The notes under the pieces were generated by a model that worked only from the letters and a program-made list of their open reading frames with translations, did not search any database and was not told the DNA's origin. Made by a program: the position numbers and the translations under genes. A stretch of DNA of 64,000 nt from Tricharina praecox (taxonomy: Eukaryota). Below, piece by piece: positions 1 through 12,364 of this stretch; position 1 is the first letter of the stretch; each line of letters opens with the position of its first letter. The stretch is taken from the NCBI RefSeq assembly GCF_024521635.1, contig NW_026250426.1:186001-250000 (forward strand). The letters are read 5' to 3'.

Positions 1-685
1 CACCGCAGCAGTAGGCGTGAGCTCGGAATCGAACGTTCTCGTGGTCGGAACGGCTTCGCCGCTACTGCTGCCGGTCGGCTCACCCGACACCTCCGTTGCA
101 CTCGATACCGGCTCATCTGTTGCGCTCGCCGTCGGCTCATCCAGCGTTACAGTAACAGTCGTATCCGCCGGGCTTTCTTCCACTGGAGGTGCAGTAGTCT
201 CCAACTCAGAGTCGAATGACCGCGTGGTCGGGATAGCACCACCACCACCACCGCCACCGCTACCCTTACTTGTCTCCACCGCAGTCTCGGTCGGCGTCGC
301 CGTAGGCTCATCCACCGTCACAGTAACCGTTGTCTCCACCTCACCCTCCCCCACCGGCGCGGTCGGCGTAAGCTCGCTGTCGAATGATCTGGTCGTAGGG
401 ATGCTCTCGCTGCCATCTGTTGGCCCAACAACGACCGTGGGTACCACCGGATCGCTGGTCGGATCTGCGACTTCTACCACCGTTGTCGTGATTGTTTGCT
501 GGACGGTCGTTGTTACTACATCGCCGTGATCTCCGCCACGCTTATTGATGCCGCGGCTATGGAGAGTCAGTACGTGAGTGTGAAGGGGGAGATATGTGCA
601 CCTACAAGCCGAGGGGACCAGCGAGAACACTGGAGGTGGTGCCGAGTACAACCACTAGGGAAGTAACGTAGCTGGTGAAACGCAT
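1..685 (-). CDS. Secreted Ser/Thr/Pro/Glu-rich repeat protein (cell-wall/mucin-like); 3' part runs off the window
   Basis: ATG at 685 gives the signal-like MRFTSYVTSLVVVLGTTSSVLAG. Intron 605-557 (GTAGGT..TACTGAC..CATAG) joins in frame to FRGINKR-GGDHGDVVTTTV. Three PTTR(S/T)FDSEL repeats follow and there is no stop before position 1. Confidence 0.85.
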
Positions 686-3302
686 GATGTCTTTTTTTTG
701 TGTGTATGTGTAGTTTTATCGAAGTAGAGAAAATGCTATGAGGAATGAACGTAGGTGATTATGAATCCGCTGTTGTCGAAAAAGTCGCAGACTTTAAGCA
801 AGAAAATACACAGCACAGCTGCTTTAAAAAAAAGGAAAGGAGACAAAGAAAGAAAAGGCAAGAGAAAGGGAATGGTGGCTGTAGCTGATGTGTTGAGTTG
901 TGATCAAATTGAATGGGGAGTGAGGGATGGTTTGAAGATATACCTCCACTTGGACCCTCCCGCGTCGACTGACGCCAGCCCTACGGGTCTGAAGACTTTG
1001 GACTCCGTCATCTGGCGCTGAGTTCAAATTGAATCGCCGTGTAGATCATGATTGGGTCTGGGCCCCCCTAGCCACGACACCTAGCCACATTGAAACCCCC
1101 CTCGCCAGCGAAAGAACAATACTCTGCACGGACGTTTAGAATTGGTGTTCGGAATAGCAGGGCGGTTGTGCAAACACGGCCAGCAATGTTCTTCAAGGAG
1201 CATGGTGGTTGGTTGGTGTAGTTAAAGTGTTTAGCCGCCCACCCCCCAATCAGAGGCCATGGTCAATTTTAAGCCGCAGTATCAAGATAAAAAAAGCACA
1301 AGCTTGAAACCGCCACTAGCTGAAGTGGGATATTTAATTCGAAACCAGGGGGGGTTGACTTTGAGATCCACCAAGCAGCACTAACTACTGGTGAGCAGCG
1401 GACATGCGACGATAACTATGACGATTCTCTGGGGTCTCCGTACGTAGCGAGCAGATCTGGCCAGAGAAGTCAGGAGTCCGTGATTGACGCAAGCGGGGCA
1501 TTGGCGTTTCGCACTTCCCCCTCTGTCCGTCCGAACGTCTGAAAAATACACATTCCAACCGGTGCCAATCAAACGAAAAAAATCGCAGAGCTTTCAATTT
1601 TAACGAAGCACCAGTCACAAACCCATGGTCGTTCTTGACCGCGTGATTCACATTAGTTAGAGTATCTATCGGACAGTCAGGCCCACCCCAGCCACGATGT
1701 GCGCACTCGGTGTGTGCACATTTGCATCACAAGCTCTCACCAGCCACACCTCCCTCGAAGCTCGGACCTTTTTTTTGTATCTCGCCTACTGAGCCTAATT
1801 CCGGCGGTGAAAACCGGACATCGTATCTACATTCTCACCGGCGTTCGGGGTTCATGCCGATTGGATTGTAGAGGTAGAGATAAATATCCACCGCTTTCAT
1901 GCTGCTCCCAGGCGATACAAACTCTCTCGGTTTCCATTCCGATACAGGTATCTAGAGTACCTACTGTGGATCAACGCGCTCGAGCTCGTCGTTAAACTCT
2001 CATTCAAAAAGCAGACCCTTCAAGCTCCATGCAAGCAAGCCTGTAAACTCTACCAGTTTTCGTTGGGTATGCATGAGAACAGAAGTGCGCGGTGCGGGGC
2101 GGTGTTTGTGGCCATGACCGACCTGGAAGTGACCAAATTAGTTAGTCATTCGCGTCTAGCTAGTCTAGGCCAGGTGCTGCTGTACCTATTTGACTGCGGC
2201 AGACAGGTAAGGCTTAGGGATCGAGAATCGGGAATCGATCATGACTCACCACTGTGCTCTAGGTACTATGTACCAGTGCTTTTAAGGGCAGCATCGCCCC
2301 TTTCCTTTCTTTCCACCAATCCAACTGATCCATCACCAACGTCTTTGTTAGAGATACTACCAACCTTCTCCCGACTCCAGGACTCCGTCGACCTAAACCT
2401 GCATCTTCCGGATCTATCCCGGCAGCTAACGGAGTCTTTGACGGCGCAGACCCTTGGGCCATTGGAGAAGGGCTCACGTGGACACGTGGGGATATCCGGA
2501 TACATGCGAGTCTACCCGTCCTGGCCGGATAATACCTACCTTTCAATACGTGTCGTGGGTCGCCCATCAGCCTTCACAATCCAGCCGACTCGTGATCGGG
2601 CTCGCACCTTTTGCGCCTACCAGCCTACCACAACGACAGTTCGAGTGGAGTCTTCACTGAACGCAGAGGATGTAGGTCGGAGTCCGCGAGATGACTAGCC
2701 GGATGGGAGTCCAGCCCTCTTGTCCCGGTCGTCGGTTCCCCGCGACTGCGAGGGTGCCGGGCAGAGTCAAGGCGCGTGAGACGGCCTTCCGGACATCTGG
2801 CCGGAGGCCGGTTAGTTCAACAAACTCTAGGAGAAATATGTTGGGACAGGTGCCATATTCAAGGTCTGTGTACCTATTGTCGGCAACGCGGTTGGGAAAA
2901 CTCGAGAATCACAATACGCACCGACTGAAGTGGAAATCCCGGTCACCGCAGATATCAATATCGACTTCAATACGGTCTCTGGTAGACCTCGATTGGGCTC
3001 ATCTTCACATGGTTACACATGCGAACTTCACATTGAAAGGCAAGGAACCACGCAGTAATTCCAATACAGCAAACAACAACAAAAAAGCCTTGCAAACAAA
3101 TCAATAACCAACAACGTATCCAACATATTACCTACATCCGCACCCAGCCATCACCACTTCCCCACCATCGGCACGTCCCGTATTGTTGAGAGAAAAGCAG
3201 TACATAACACGGCGGACATTTGCCTCAGCCAATATATTCGATCAATCCGTGGCCGCAAGTCTAACGCGGCCAATCTTCCACCGACTAAGCCAACATCTTA
3301 GC

Positions 3303-5671
3303 TTATTCAAGGGGCTCCATATCGACAAAATAATAATCTCCCGCATCCGACTGGGGGTAGGCATTTATGTCTTGATAGTTCTCTAGAGGATAAGAGCCGA
3401 CGTATCCGCTGTCACCATCGCCGCTGTGATAGGAGTGTTGCGAATGCTGAGCTTCTGTGGTCATCATCGCTCCCAGAGCCGGAGTCGACATAAACACGGG
3501 CATCGGGAAGAAGCCGGTGGACTGGGTAGAAAATCTCCGAGGTGGCAAGAAAAGCGACTGCGATACTGCCGGTGCGTGGGGCCTTCTAGGAGAAGTAGTG
3601 CTAGGGAAGGGCGCCCGATGGGTGGTGGTGCGCATCTGCATACTAGAGCCTGGACCAGAAAACGTCGCTGACGGCCCCGTTTTTGGGGAGTTGTCGGTTT
3701 CTGCCCGATACACGTTAATATACTGCCGGGACATTTGGGATCGGTCTTTCTACCCGGAATTACGCGCATATATTCAGCAAGGACCTGGGAAAGTTTGTTG
3801 GCAATCAACTGTGGAAGTTGTTGCGTCAGTTCTTTCGTCAGCCATTCTTGCGCGAACTTTTGGAAGTCGCTGTCGTTCAGGATCTCGCTGATGTTGTTTG
3901 TTGCTCGGCCGTCTGTTTGGGCCGGGGATGCCATCTCTAGTTGGGATGGGGCCCCAACTACAGTGCCGTTTTCCGAGACGATGGCGGAAAGGGTGGAACC
4001 TGCTGGTCTTTGAGTAAATCGTTTTTTTCTGGGCTGATCTACTAGACTTACACGGCGACGGAACTTGGCTCTGCCGACAATCGAATAATACTATATAAAC
4101 TTGTTGCCATGTCATAGATTTTTTGGAACTTCTTTTTAGAGCTTTTCCTTTCCGGACAGTACTATCGTCAATAGGAACAAATGTCGCGGGCTTCTCGCAG
4201 TTGGTATCGCGCAGGTGCGTTTTGACCTGGGCATCATCGCCGGCGCGAAACGTCCCGCACCTAGGACACTGAAGAGGCTTCAAATGAACCCGGAGTACGT
4301 GTCCTCTGCACAAAGAGTCAGCGGTGGGATGAAGGGGGGCCATTTTCTGGGGAACACAGACTTGACTCGAGAGAGACTTGGATCCGACCACATCCTGCAC
4401 TTTCCATGCTCCAACGGAGAATTCTTAAAGAATGGGCACGCGAAACGCTTCTCGCTATCACCATCAGAGTCGTCACGCTGCTGGTCCACAGGCGGGTTGT
4501 TTTTGGCACGCTTTCCTCGACCACCCACACCCTCGTCCCGACCGCCCCTTTTCTGCCCGCTGGGACTACCAGGGACACCCTCGCTGTGGTCGGTGTTTCT
4601 TTCGCTAGACACTTTACCTTTGCCTTTACCTCTGTCATCTGCGTGAGCTCGAAATTCCACGCATTCTGCCAACTCTACCGGATTGAAGGAGTCAGCACTT
4701 GCAGTAGTGCTAGCAGCGCAAGTCGGCGTGTCACTTGCGTATACCTCCTCTCCGGAGACACTTCCATAAGTACTGCCGTCAGAACGATACTCAGTTGTCA
4801 ACAGCACCCATCCAGTCATTCCGTCGTCGTCAATCCCATCGAGTGACGCCTCATGAGGCGGGTAACATGCCTGTCCGTCGGAGAGAGTCCTCGTTCTCAG
4901 GTCAACACCAGTGTCCGCGCTCTCCGGACCTGCGGCTATTGAGCTTGAAGGGGTGGCCTTTTCGGCAATGTCCAGCCGCTGATCCCGGGCTATCTCATCA
5001 TCCCCCCCGGTGACCTCGTCACCGAAGGCGATGTTGGTTGGATATTCTGTGAGAGTTTTTGTGAGACGAGTCTCATAATAATGGCTCTCTAAGTGACTTA
5101 CTTGAGGAGAGGGTAAGGTTCGAGGCCGTGAACTGGTCGCCTGCGCCTACTAATGGCCATAAACTGGAATTTGTGGATTTGGACGTCCTCTCCGCCTTGT
5201 CCGCCTCGGTGGAATCGAGCTGCACTCCTCTGCAGAGACATGGCTCCTGGCGCATAGAACCATGACAGGATGGACATTCTCTGTTGGAACGCGCCGCGGT
5301 ATCGCAAAGCGGGGGCAATAGCTCATCGTGACAAGATTCAACGGATCTCTCCCCGTTGTTTGAATAGTCACAAGTCTGGTTGTCCAGTTCGCCGACTATG
5401 GATTCGGCGCATACGCAACCTTGTCGATGTTTCGGCCTGACTGACTTCAAATGCGCCGAGTGCGCCTTTGGGGGCGTTAGCCTCGAGCGATTAGCCGGCG
5501 CTGGGGTGTCTTCGACGGGAATGTCGGGCGACGGATCCGCGGGACAGCCACCTAGGCCAAGTTAGCGACAGGCCACCCGTACAGCATCAAGTATATCCTA
5601 CCAGACGGGCGTGGAAAGCCACTATGCTGCTGCTGCTGCTGCTGCTGCTGCGTCTCGTGCTCGTCAACCAT
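3303..5671 (-). CDS. Fungal C2H2-like zinc-finger protein of unknown function, probably 6 exons
   Basis: Spliced motif KRFACPFFK..C..W...SRVKGHVLRVH..LQCPRC..F......HLR...C...WQQVYIVLF..PSP resembles a Pezizomycotina C2H2-type family. Frame-consistent introns: 5601-5552, 5101-5047, 4361-4306, 4051-4003 and tentatively 3763-3723 (41 nt). N-terminal polyQ is encoded by (CAG)8. Confidence 0.7.
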
Positions 5672-8389
5672 AACTGCTAGTTCTACGATCGCAAGGGGCG
5701 GTTAGCAAGACGGCACTTTGGGAAGCTAACGACCGGACTGGATCCGATTAGATTGGACTGGACTGGTTACACCATACCGCGCAAGCAGATTTTCTCGAGA
5801 GTCTCGCTGTAGGTGTGATTTCTGGTTACCAGTGCTCTCGGTTCTCTTTTGCAAAGGACGACACAGCGACGACGAGGTATGGGTTAAGGACTGAGTGTGC
5901 ACAGGTTGCCCTCCGCCCAAGTTTTATTGTGAAGGAACTACAAGGCTCCTATTGGTGTAACTACATACCCCTCCCCTGTCTGTGTGCGCACTTCGCAGAT
6001 TCTGCGCACAATGATAAAACCCTCTCTAGATACCAGGGATCACAACTACAGTACAAAAGCATTGCTCGTGTGTGTATTAGCTATTTAGGATTCCGACTGT
6101 CTGTGAATACCGGTAGAGTAAAATCGACGACAACCCGACGGTCGAACTGGCCGATTGATTCAAGTGCCATTAGGTACCACCACTGGCATCACATCAGTGT
6201 CAGGGCTCCGGTTGACCAAAGTTGGCACAAGGCTCCGGCAGCCATCTCGGCAGCCATCTCGGCCACACCTCCCCACACACCCTCCCCGCTCCACCTATCG
6301 TACGAATAATGAGTTCCAAGCCCGATCTCTGCCGCTTCCCATATACCGACCGTACGCACCTACCGCCCTCCGCACCGGATTGAAGCTTTGTGGTATGTAC
6401 CACTGTCCGGCGCACTGGGCCGAGCGAATAGGATTAAGTACCGGCACCGACACGCGTCTGCGTGCGCCGTCAAGACCGTTGAACGAGAAGGCTGCACAGA
6501 GTGTTTTTCGGTCGGTCAGAGACCGGTCATCAACCGTATCTACCGTATCTGTTCACTGTTCATCGGACAGAGACAACCGTTTGGCCAAAGCCTTCTGGAA
6601 GAGGATGTCCAGGAGTCCACCCGCGATTTTCTAGGGCCCATTAGGTACTATAGTAATGGGGTGTTTCATTTTCAGGGTCAAAGCTTCATCTACCGAGTGA
6701 TGCTGTTTTTTTCCACACGGTTCCGCAATACCTAGCGCAGCATACCTCGGTAGAAGATGCAAATGCAGCACCGATAGGTACCGACCGATACTACCGCACA
6801 GCGGAATCACCGAGAGAGGGGGGGGGGGTACTGATTCACCGCTATTTTTTCGTTATAGTACTTAGTCAAATACAGTAGATGCCGCTATTTATCCGTGATG
6901 AAGTTCTAACTTCTGAATGCTCGGGAAATACAAGTAGTAGCCATTCATACTAACTCACTCGACACCGACCACTACGCACGTAATCTAGGTACTCCGAGGC
7001 CAATGGGATTTGCGCGATAGAGTAGAGTGCCTAGATCGCATGCAACAATCAATGATTAAACCACCAAAGAAACAACGGGATTTGCGCAAATTGTTGATAT
7101 TACCCATACCGTGGTCCTTGCACTTATGCCTCTAGGTACTTCCCTTTTTATCTTATCATGTAATTTCCTAGGAGCACTCAGACAGACGGGATAGGTGCTC
7201 TATGGTAGGCCAGGCGGAGGGCAAAGAAGGGCAAAGGAACCCCGTAACCGCGCCCTCCGCCTGCCGCCTTGCCGCCTTGCGAGGAGGACAGGGCGGAGGA
7301 ATCTGTTTTGTAACCGCCACGATCTACAAACTACCGGTGGAGTACAAGTTGAGATCGAATGCTATGGTGACTAAATGAAAATAAAAAGGGATTTATTCAT
7401 TACCAAAGTCTAGCTAAGTTAAGCACTTACTGTATAATTCAAGGGGGGTAATAAAACCGTTGTTTCCTGCTGGACGGACATTGATATCGTACATATCAGG
7501 GCATAAAAACACGCATTTTGACCGTACTGGTGCCGCGATTTTTACCCAATCTTGGGCAAGCAATAAACGCGAAAGCAAAAAAATGAGATAGATATGCGCT
7601 TAGATATGTGGAGCATGTAGGGTCGATCAACCAAATCCTGGCGTGACGATCGGATGCACGGCTATATTTCTAAGAGATTGGTTCGAAGAGATTGGTTCAA
7701 ATCGGGTCGGTGGCGAAAGGATGGACCTCTCGCCATCCCACTTCGCAGCCCTTGCTCGGCGCACTCCAGCCGAAGGCTGTTGCTCTGTGGAGCCGGTCGG
7801 CGTTCTGGCCTTGACTTGCAGCTTCGGCGTATCCGATCGTCTACATATTTTCACGGAGCACTGTGGCGTAGGCAGTGGCCACTGTGCCACTGCAAGCAAA
7901 TATCTACGCGAACGTTTATCCGTAAATTATCTATGCAATGCGAAATCTGGATATGTCGCCGCAAATACCTATTCCCGGCCTAATGTTGAGCCATGCAAAT
8001 GCGACCCTAGCCGAGTGCCGAAGCATGACTCCCTCGCTTCGGTCTGGCTAATCTATTCTGCGCCACTCGACGTCCAAAGTGGCAAGTGACACCAGCTACT
8101 GACACACGCTCGTACACAGCCCCCTCGGGCTACAGCTGATCCGCGTCTCCCCTCCCCCCGCCTACGACAACTCGTATGTAAGCCGTCGTGTTGCTTGTCG
8201 CGCTCACCGTCTCCTAACCCAACACACGTCTGTCTCACCACGAGCTTCCCTCTCTATTTCTCTCGCTGTCCTCTTCTCGTCCCTCTTTGTATCCATCACC
8301 AACGCGAAATAACTACCACAACCACCACCGCCTGTCCAACCACGGTCGCTAACTAAACCCACAACACATTACCTGCATCCCATCCAGGA

Positions 8390-9228
8390 ATGTCTGCTCC
8401 CGCCCAGCCTACCGACTCAAAGTCCGCCTCGCTCCTACAGCCAACAAGTGAGGAAGCCCCGCCTATTTACAGCGAGACTTCCGGATCCACCATCGTTGTT
8501 GGCGATGGCAACGTCTTCTCCGACATCCCGCGTCCGGGCGCCATGAACTACGGCCCCGGCAACCGCCAATCCTACGTGCCGCGTGCTGAGCGGAAGGGCA
8601 CCTGGAATTTCAGCCTCTTCGATTGCTTCAGCGACCCTGGTGCCAGTAGAGCTCCCCCCTCCACCCCCCTCCTATCTCTTATGGTTACTCTAGAATTGTT
8701 AGCTAACCCCTCTCCTGCTCAGCTGCCAAGGCTTGCTGCTGCCCATGTGTCTCCTACGGGCAAACCCGCCACCGCCTTCACGCCCCAGGCACCGACGCGC
8801 CCATCTTCTCTTCTCCCTGTCTCGGCTACTGCTTGACAGCATCCTTCATTCCAGGTGGAGAGCACATTTTTGGGTTCTTGCAGCGCAATGAACTCCGACA
8901 ACGTCTCGACATCGACCAGAAGCCAAGCGAGGCGTCGGTCCGTCTTCCCGGCCGTGGAGGAGATCTCCGTGTCAACCAGGGAAACTCTTCTCCCCCCTTG
9001 TTTGAGAGCCTGCACACTGCTATCGGGTTCCTCGACGATGCGTGGAAACACTTCTTCTGCCCGTGCTGTGCACTTGTGCAGGAGGACCGGGAGACACGCG
9101 CCTGGGAGAGGGAGTACGAGGAGGGAGGACTGGACAGCTTCAATAACGCCGCCGAAGCTGGCGTCGAGGAGGAGGGCGAGAGGCTGCTCGGTTCCGAGAG
9201 ATCGGGACTCCGGGGTCTTCGTGGGTAA
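8390..9228 (+). CDS. PLAC8 (DUF614) family Cys-rich protein
   Basis: Motifs W.FSLFDCFSD, ACCCPCVSYGQ and FFCPCCALVQEDRE. Intron 8646-8722 (GTAGAG..GCTAAC..CAG) restores the frame. Confidence 0.9.
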
Positions 9229-12200
9229 AACTACTACTGCTTGATCCACCCAAAGGGTGATATCGGATACATGCGCGCTTCGCTATGTATAATTTTACTT
9301 TACCTATATTTGTTACTGCACGTGAGTATTGGGGGTCCCATCACTGGGTCTGTAGTTTGTTTGTTCTCTACTTTTTGTTGGCTGGGCCTGGACGGGGTAT
9401 CATCGCGCTGTTTTCTTTTTTCTGTTTTCTTTTTCTGTTTTCTTTTTCTTTCTTTCCTCATGAATGGATCGGATTTTGCCTTAGGAACGAATGAGTGAGT
9501 TAGTTTAGTGCGCACCGTGATTCTTCCTACATATTCCTACGACTACGACCCTACATATGACACCATCCAGCCTTGTGGTCGGGTTTCAGCCGTCTCGTCC
9601 GACTGGTGGTCCGGAGCAATATCATGGCACACGTCCAGTGGATCCTCGGGGCGCCAATTACCATCTACCTACTCCACGTACCTACTCCACGTACCTACTC
9701 CATCTAACATACTCTCCATACTCTACACAGCCTACATTACGCGACCCGGCTTATCCGTAGTTAGCAGCCCGACACACACGGGGAATGAAAATCTGGTTTG
9801 TTGCGTACTTTGGATGGGCGAGAATGATGGTCGGTTACACGGTGAGTCAGTCAGTCTTAATTCCGTGCAAGGGGGCAGTCTACTCTAGGAGTCTAGGAGA
9901 CAGTCTACATGTTAGGATTCTAGGGGAAGTGCGAAGTGGGGGTATGTAAGGTATGAGTACCTACCCACATACCACTGTACCAATACATACCAGGCGTCGG
10001 TTGACAAGGAGAGAGATACTGGGGAGAGAACATCGATTTACGTACAGTCTTTCTCGACCATGGCGAACAAAACCTACTTATTACTGGCTCTTTGTCAGCT
10101 GATAAGGAACTTGGAGTGCGATAAGTGCCGAGTGAGGTACTGTGAGGTACTGTGGGCATAGTTACCTACTTGTTTGCTCGTGGTGTCTCTGCAGTCGCTA
10201 TGTGGACGATCAACTGGATATCCCGCTGGTGGGAGACGGGGTTTGAACCGATGAACCGATGAACAACGCCTAGAGGCTGGATCAGTAGGCGGGTTTGAAT
10301 GATTATGCACATGCGTTGAGTAGCAGTTTACTGTTCGATGCTACAAATCCTTCGGATTTCGAGCCTGACTGCAGCCGCTATACTGGGCAGTGGGCGGTGA
10401 TACTACTCTCCTGAGGTCTCCTCAGGTGCAAGTTGCTGAGGGGGCAAAAAGTGCATACCAGATATAATAGGGCACCTCTGACGCGGAATGTACACACCTA
10501 TTCGCGTCCGCCGCTTTGCATATGCCGTAACTATCTCGAGTATCCGCGGACCACGATCTCCAGTCAGAATCACCCCGCCATCACCCCGCCATCACCCCGC
10601 CACCACCGCCCAGCACCGAGGTTCAACCTTTCAGGGCTATCTTCTCTTCCCCGGGAAGGATCCCGAGGCTCTGGTAGATCCGAGGGCAGCAACGATCGGC
10701 TACCTACGTTAAGCTGGCGTCTATAATCCCGTACCGGCCAGTACGGTAGGTGCCAGGCGGTGATACTGGTACCGCGCTGCGACGAGCGGTACTGAGCATT
10801 ACGTTGCAGTACCGTTGCAGTACTATCGAAATGTATCCCGTCGGTCGTGACAGCTGTGTAAAACAGAATAAACTGTCGGGCTTTGCGGATAGCTATTGCT
10901 GGTTGCATACCCAGCCAGAGAGGGTGGTGATATGGGAATTGGATTTGAGTCTTGAGGGGCTGGCGGGAAGTGGATGCTATCATAGGCGGGTGATTGTTTT
11001 GTAGGTTACAGAGACGGAGAGTTGTTTGTAGGTCTGCTTATGGTAGCAGCGAGCTTGTGTATATGGGCATTATGAGCAAACATGTGAGATGATCATAAAT
11101 AGTATCCAACGTACCTTCCAAGATCCCTGGAATTTAGCGAGTCCATTCGGAAGCGGGGAAGTTGCTTATCAAGACTCGGTATGGGGTAGTTCTAGCCCAA
11201 AAGAACTCGTCATGTTGGCTAGCTAGGCGTCGCAACAGGTTACGAACGGGATATTCCAGCGCAAACTGTCCACCTATACCTTACATCGAACCACCACCTA
11301 TGAACCTCACCGATAACTATCTAGGCGTATTTGCCCTTCCCCAGGGCTCCTACTGTGAATCGCCTTGGCCGAAAGCTTCCCTAGAACCAACCATGATCAC
11401 GAGGAATCTGATGCCATTCTCCCGGCACATGGCGATCCGCAGATTCGCTACCAAGTGGCTCGAAGCTACACCGTAGGCTGCGGGGGTCCGGCTCGCCTCG
11501 TCTAGCCTCCCTCGATGTTGCGGGGAGATAAGGGCCGAGTGCATCTGAGGAAGGCTAATATACATGCGTAATCACTCGGCCCTCAAATCTTGAATTTTGA
11601 TTCCAGGTCTCAAGGCTGATTCAATCAGGTTCGAGGAGGTGTTCTCGTCTGAGTACCTATTGTATTTGGATAAGCCACCGATCGGTGAGTGTTGTGCGAT
11701 GGCAGAAGGAAGCGAGCAATATCTTTGTCCTTCTGGGAGCTTCAGACTTCCATTTCATGCTCCACAAACTCTGCATTTCGATCAGCTCTGTTTCCCTTCG
11801 CCTCGCAATATTGATACGTACTCCTCCCCTCCCTAAGCGGAGTGGAGTAAGATAGCCGACCACCCTCCAGCCAGGGGCAATTGATCTCTAAAGCATGTAG
11901 TGACCTCGCGAGTTAAACGCACTTTGGCCCATTTCAACCCCGCTACGAAAGCCCAACTACCTACGCGGTATCAAAATTTGCGATTACGACCGAATCGGGG
12001 AGCCTATGCGCTTGATCTGTGGGGTAACTTTGTGCTTCTTCCTGGGCACTTCTGTGAGAAGCTTCGAGCTGGTGGCCCAGGGCCCAGCCACGGTCTGCAG
12101 AACCTTGTGTGCGATCTCCCTCCTATCGCGAGCTTCTGCCTCGGGACCAGTCGAAAGGATATCCCCCCCTCGCTGGCTACAGTAGACACAGTTCCGCAAA

Positions 12201-12364
12201 GGACCAGACCCCACGATCGTCGCGATCCGTCATGCGCCTGCTTGTAGGGTAAAGAAACCCACCGCCGACCAACTCCAAGGTATAAGTTTCAAGTTATTCC
12301 CCCGCCACTGTGGACACAGCATCCACACTCACACTCACTCACACTCACACATACACACGCAATC

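Noticed and set aside
17..529. 170-aa + strand ORF and similar long ORFs overlapping genes (e.g. 12837-13523, 40591-41154, 48862-49323, 52932-53825)
   Set aside because: These are antisense shadows of real GC-rich genes or of polyQ tracts.
2693..2740. Resemblance to an HDV-like ribozyme 5' segment or to telomerase RNA
   Set aside because: I could not build the HDV P3/P1.1 pairings, and I saw no TAACCCTAA-type template nearby.
7670..7715. B-box-like GGTTCAAATC suggesting a tRNA
   Set aside because: No cloverleaf or acceptor stem could be built. It is a short local duplication of AAGAGATTGGTTC.
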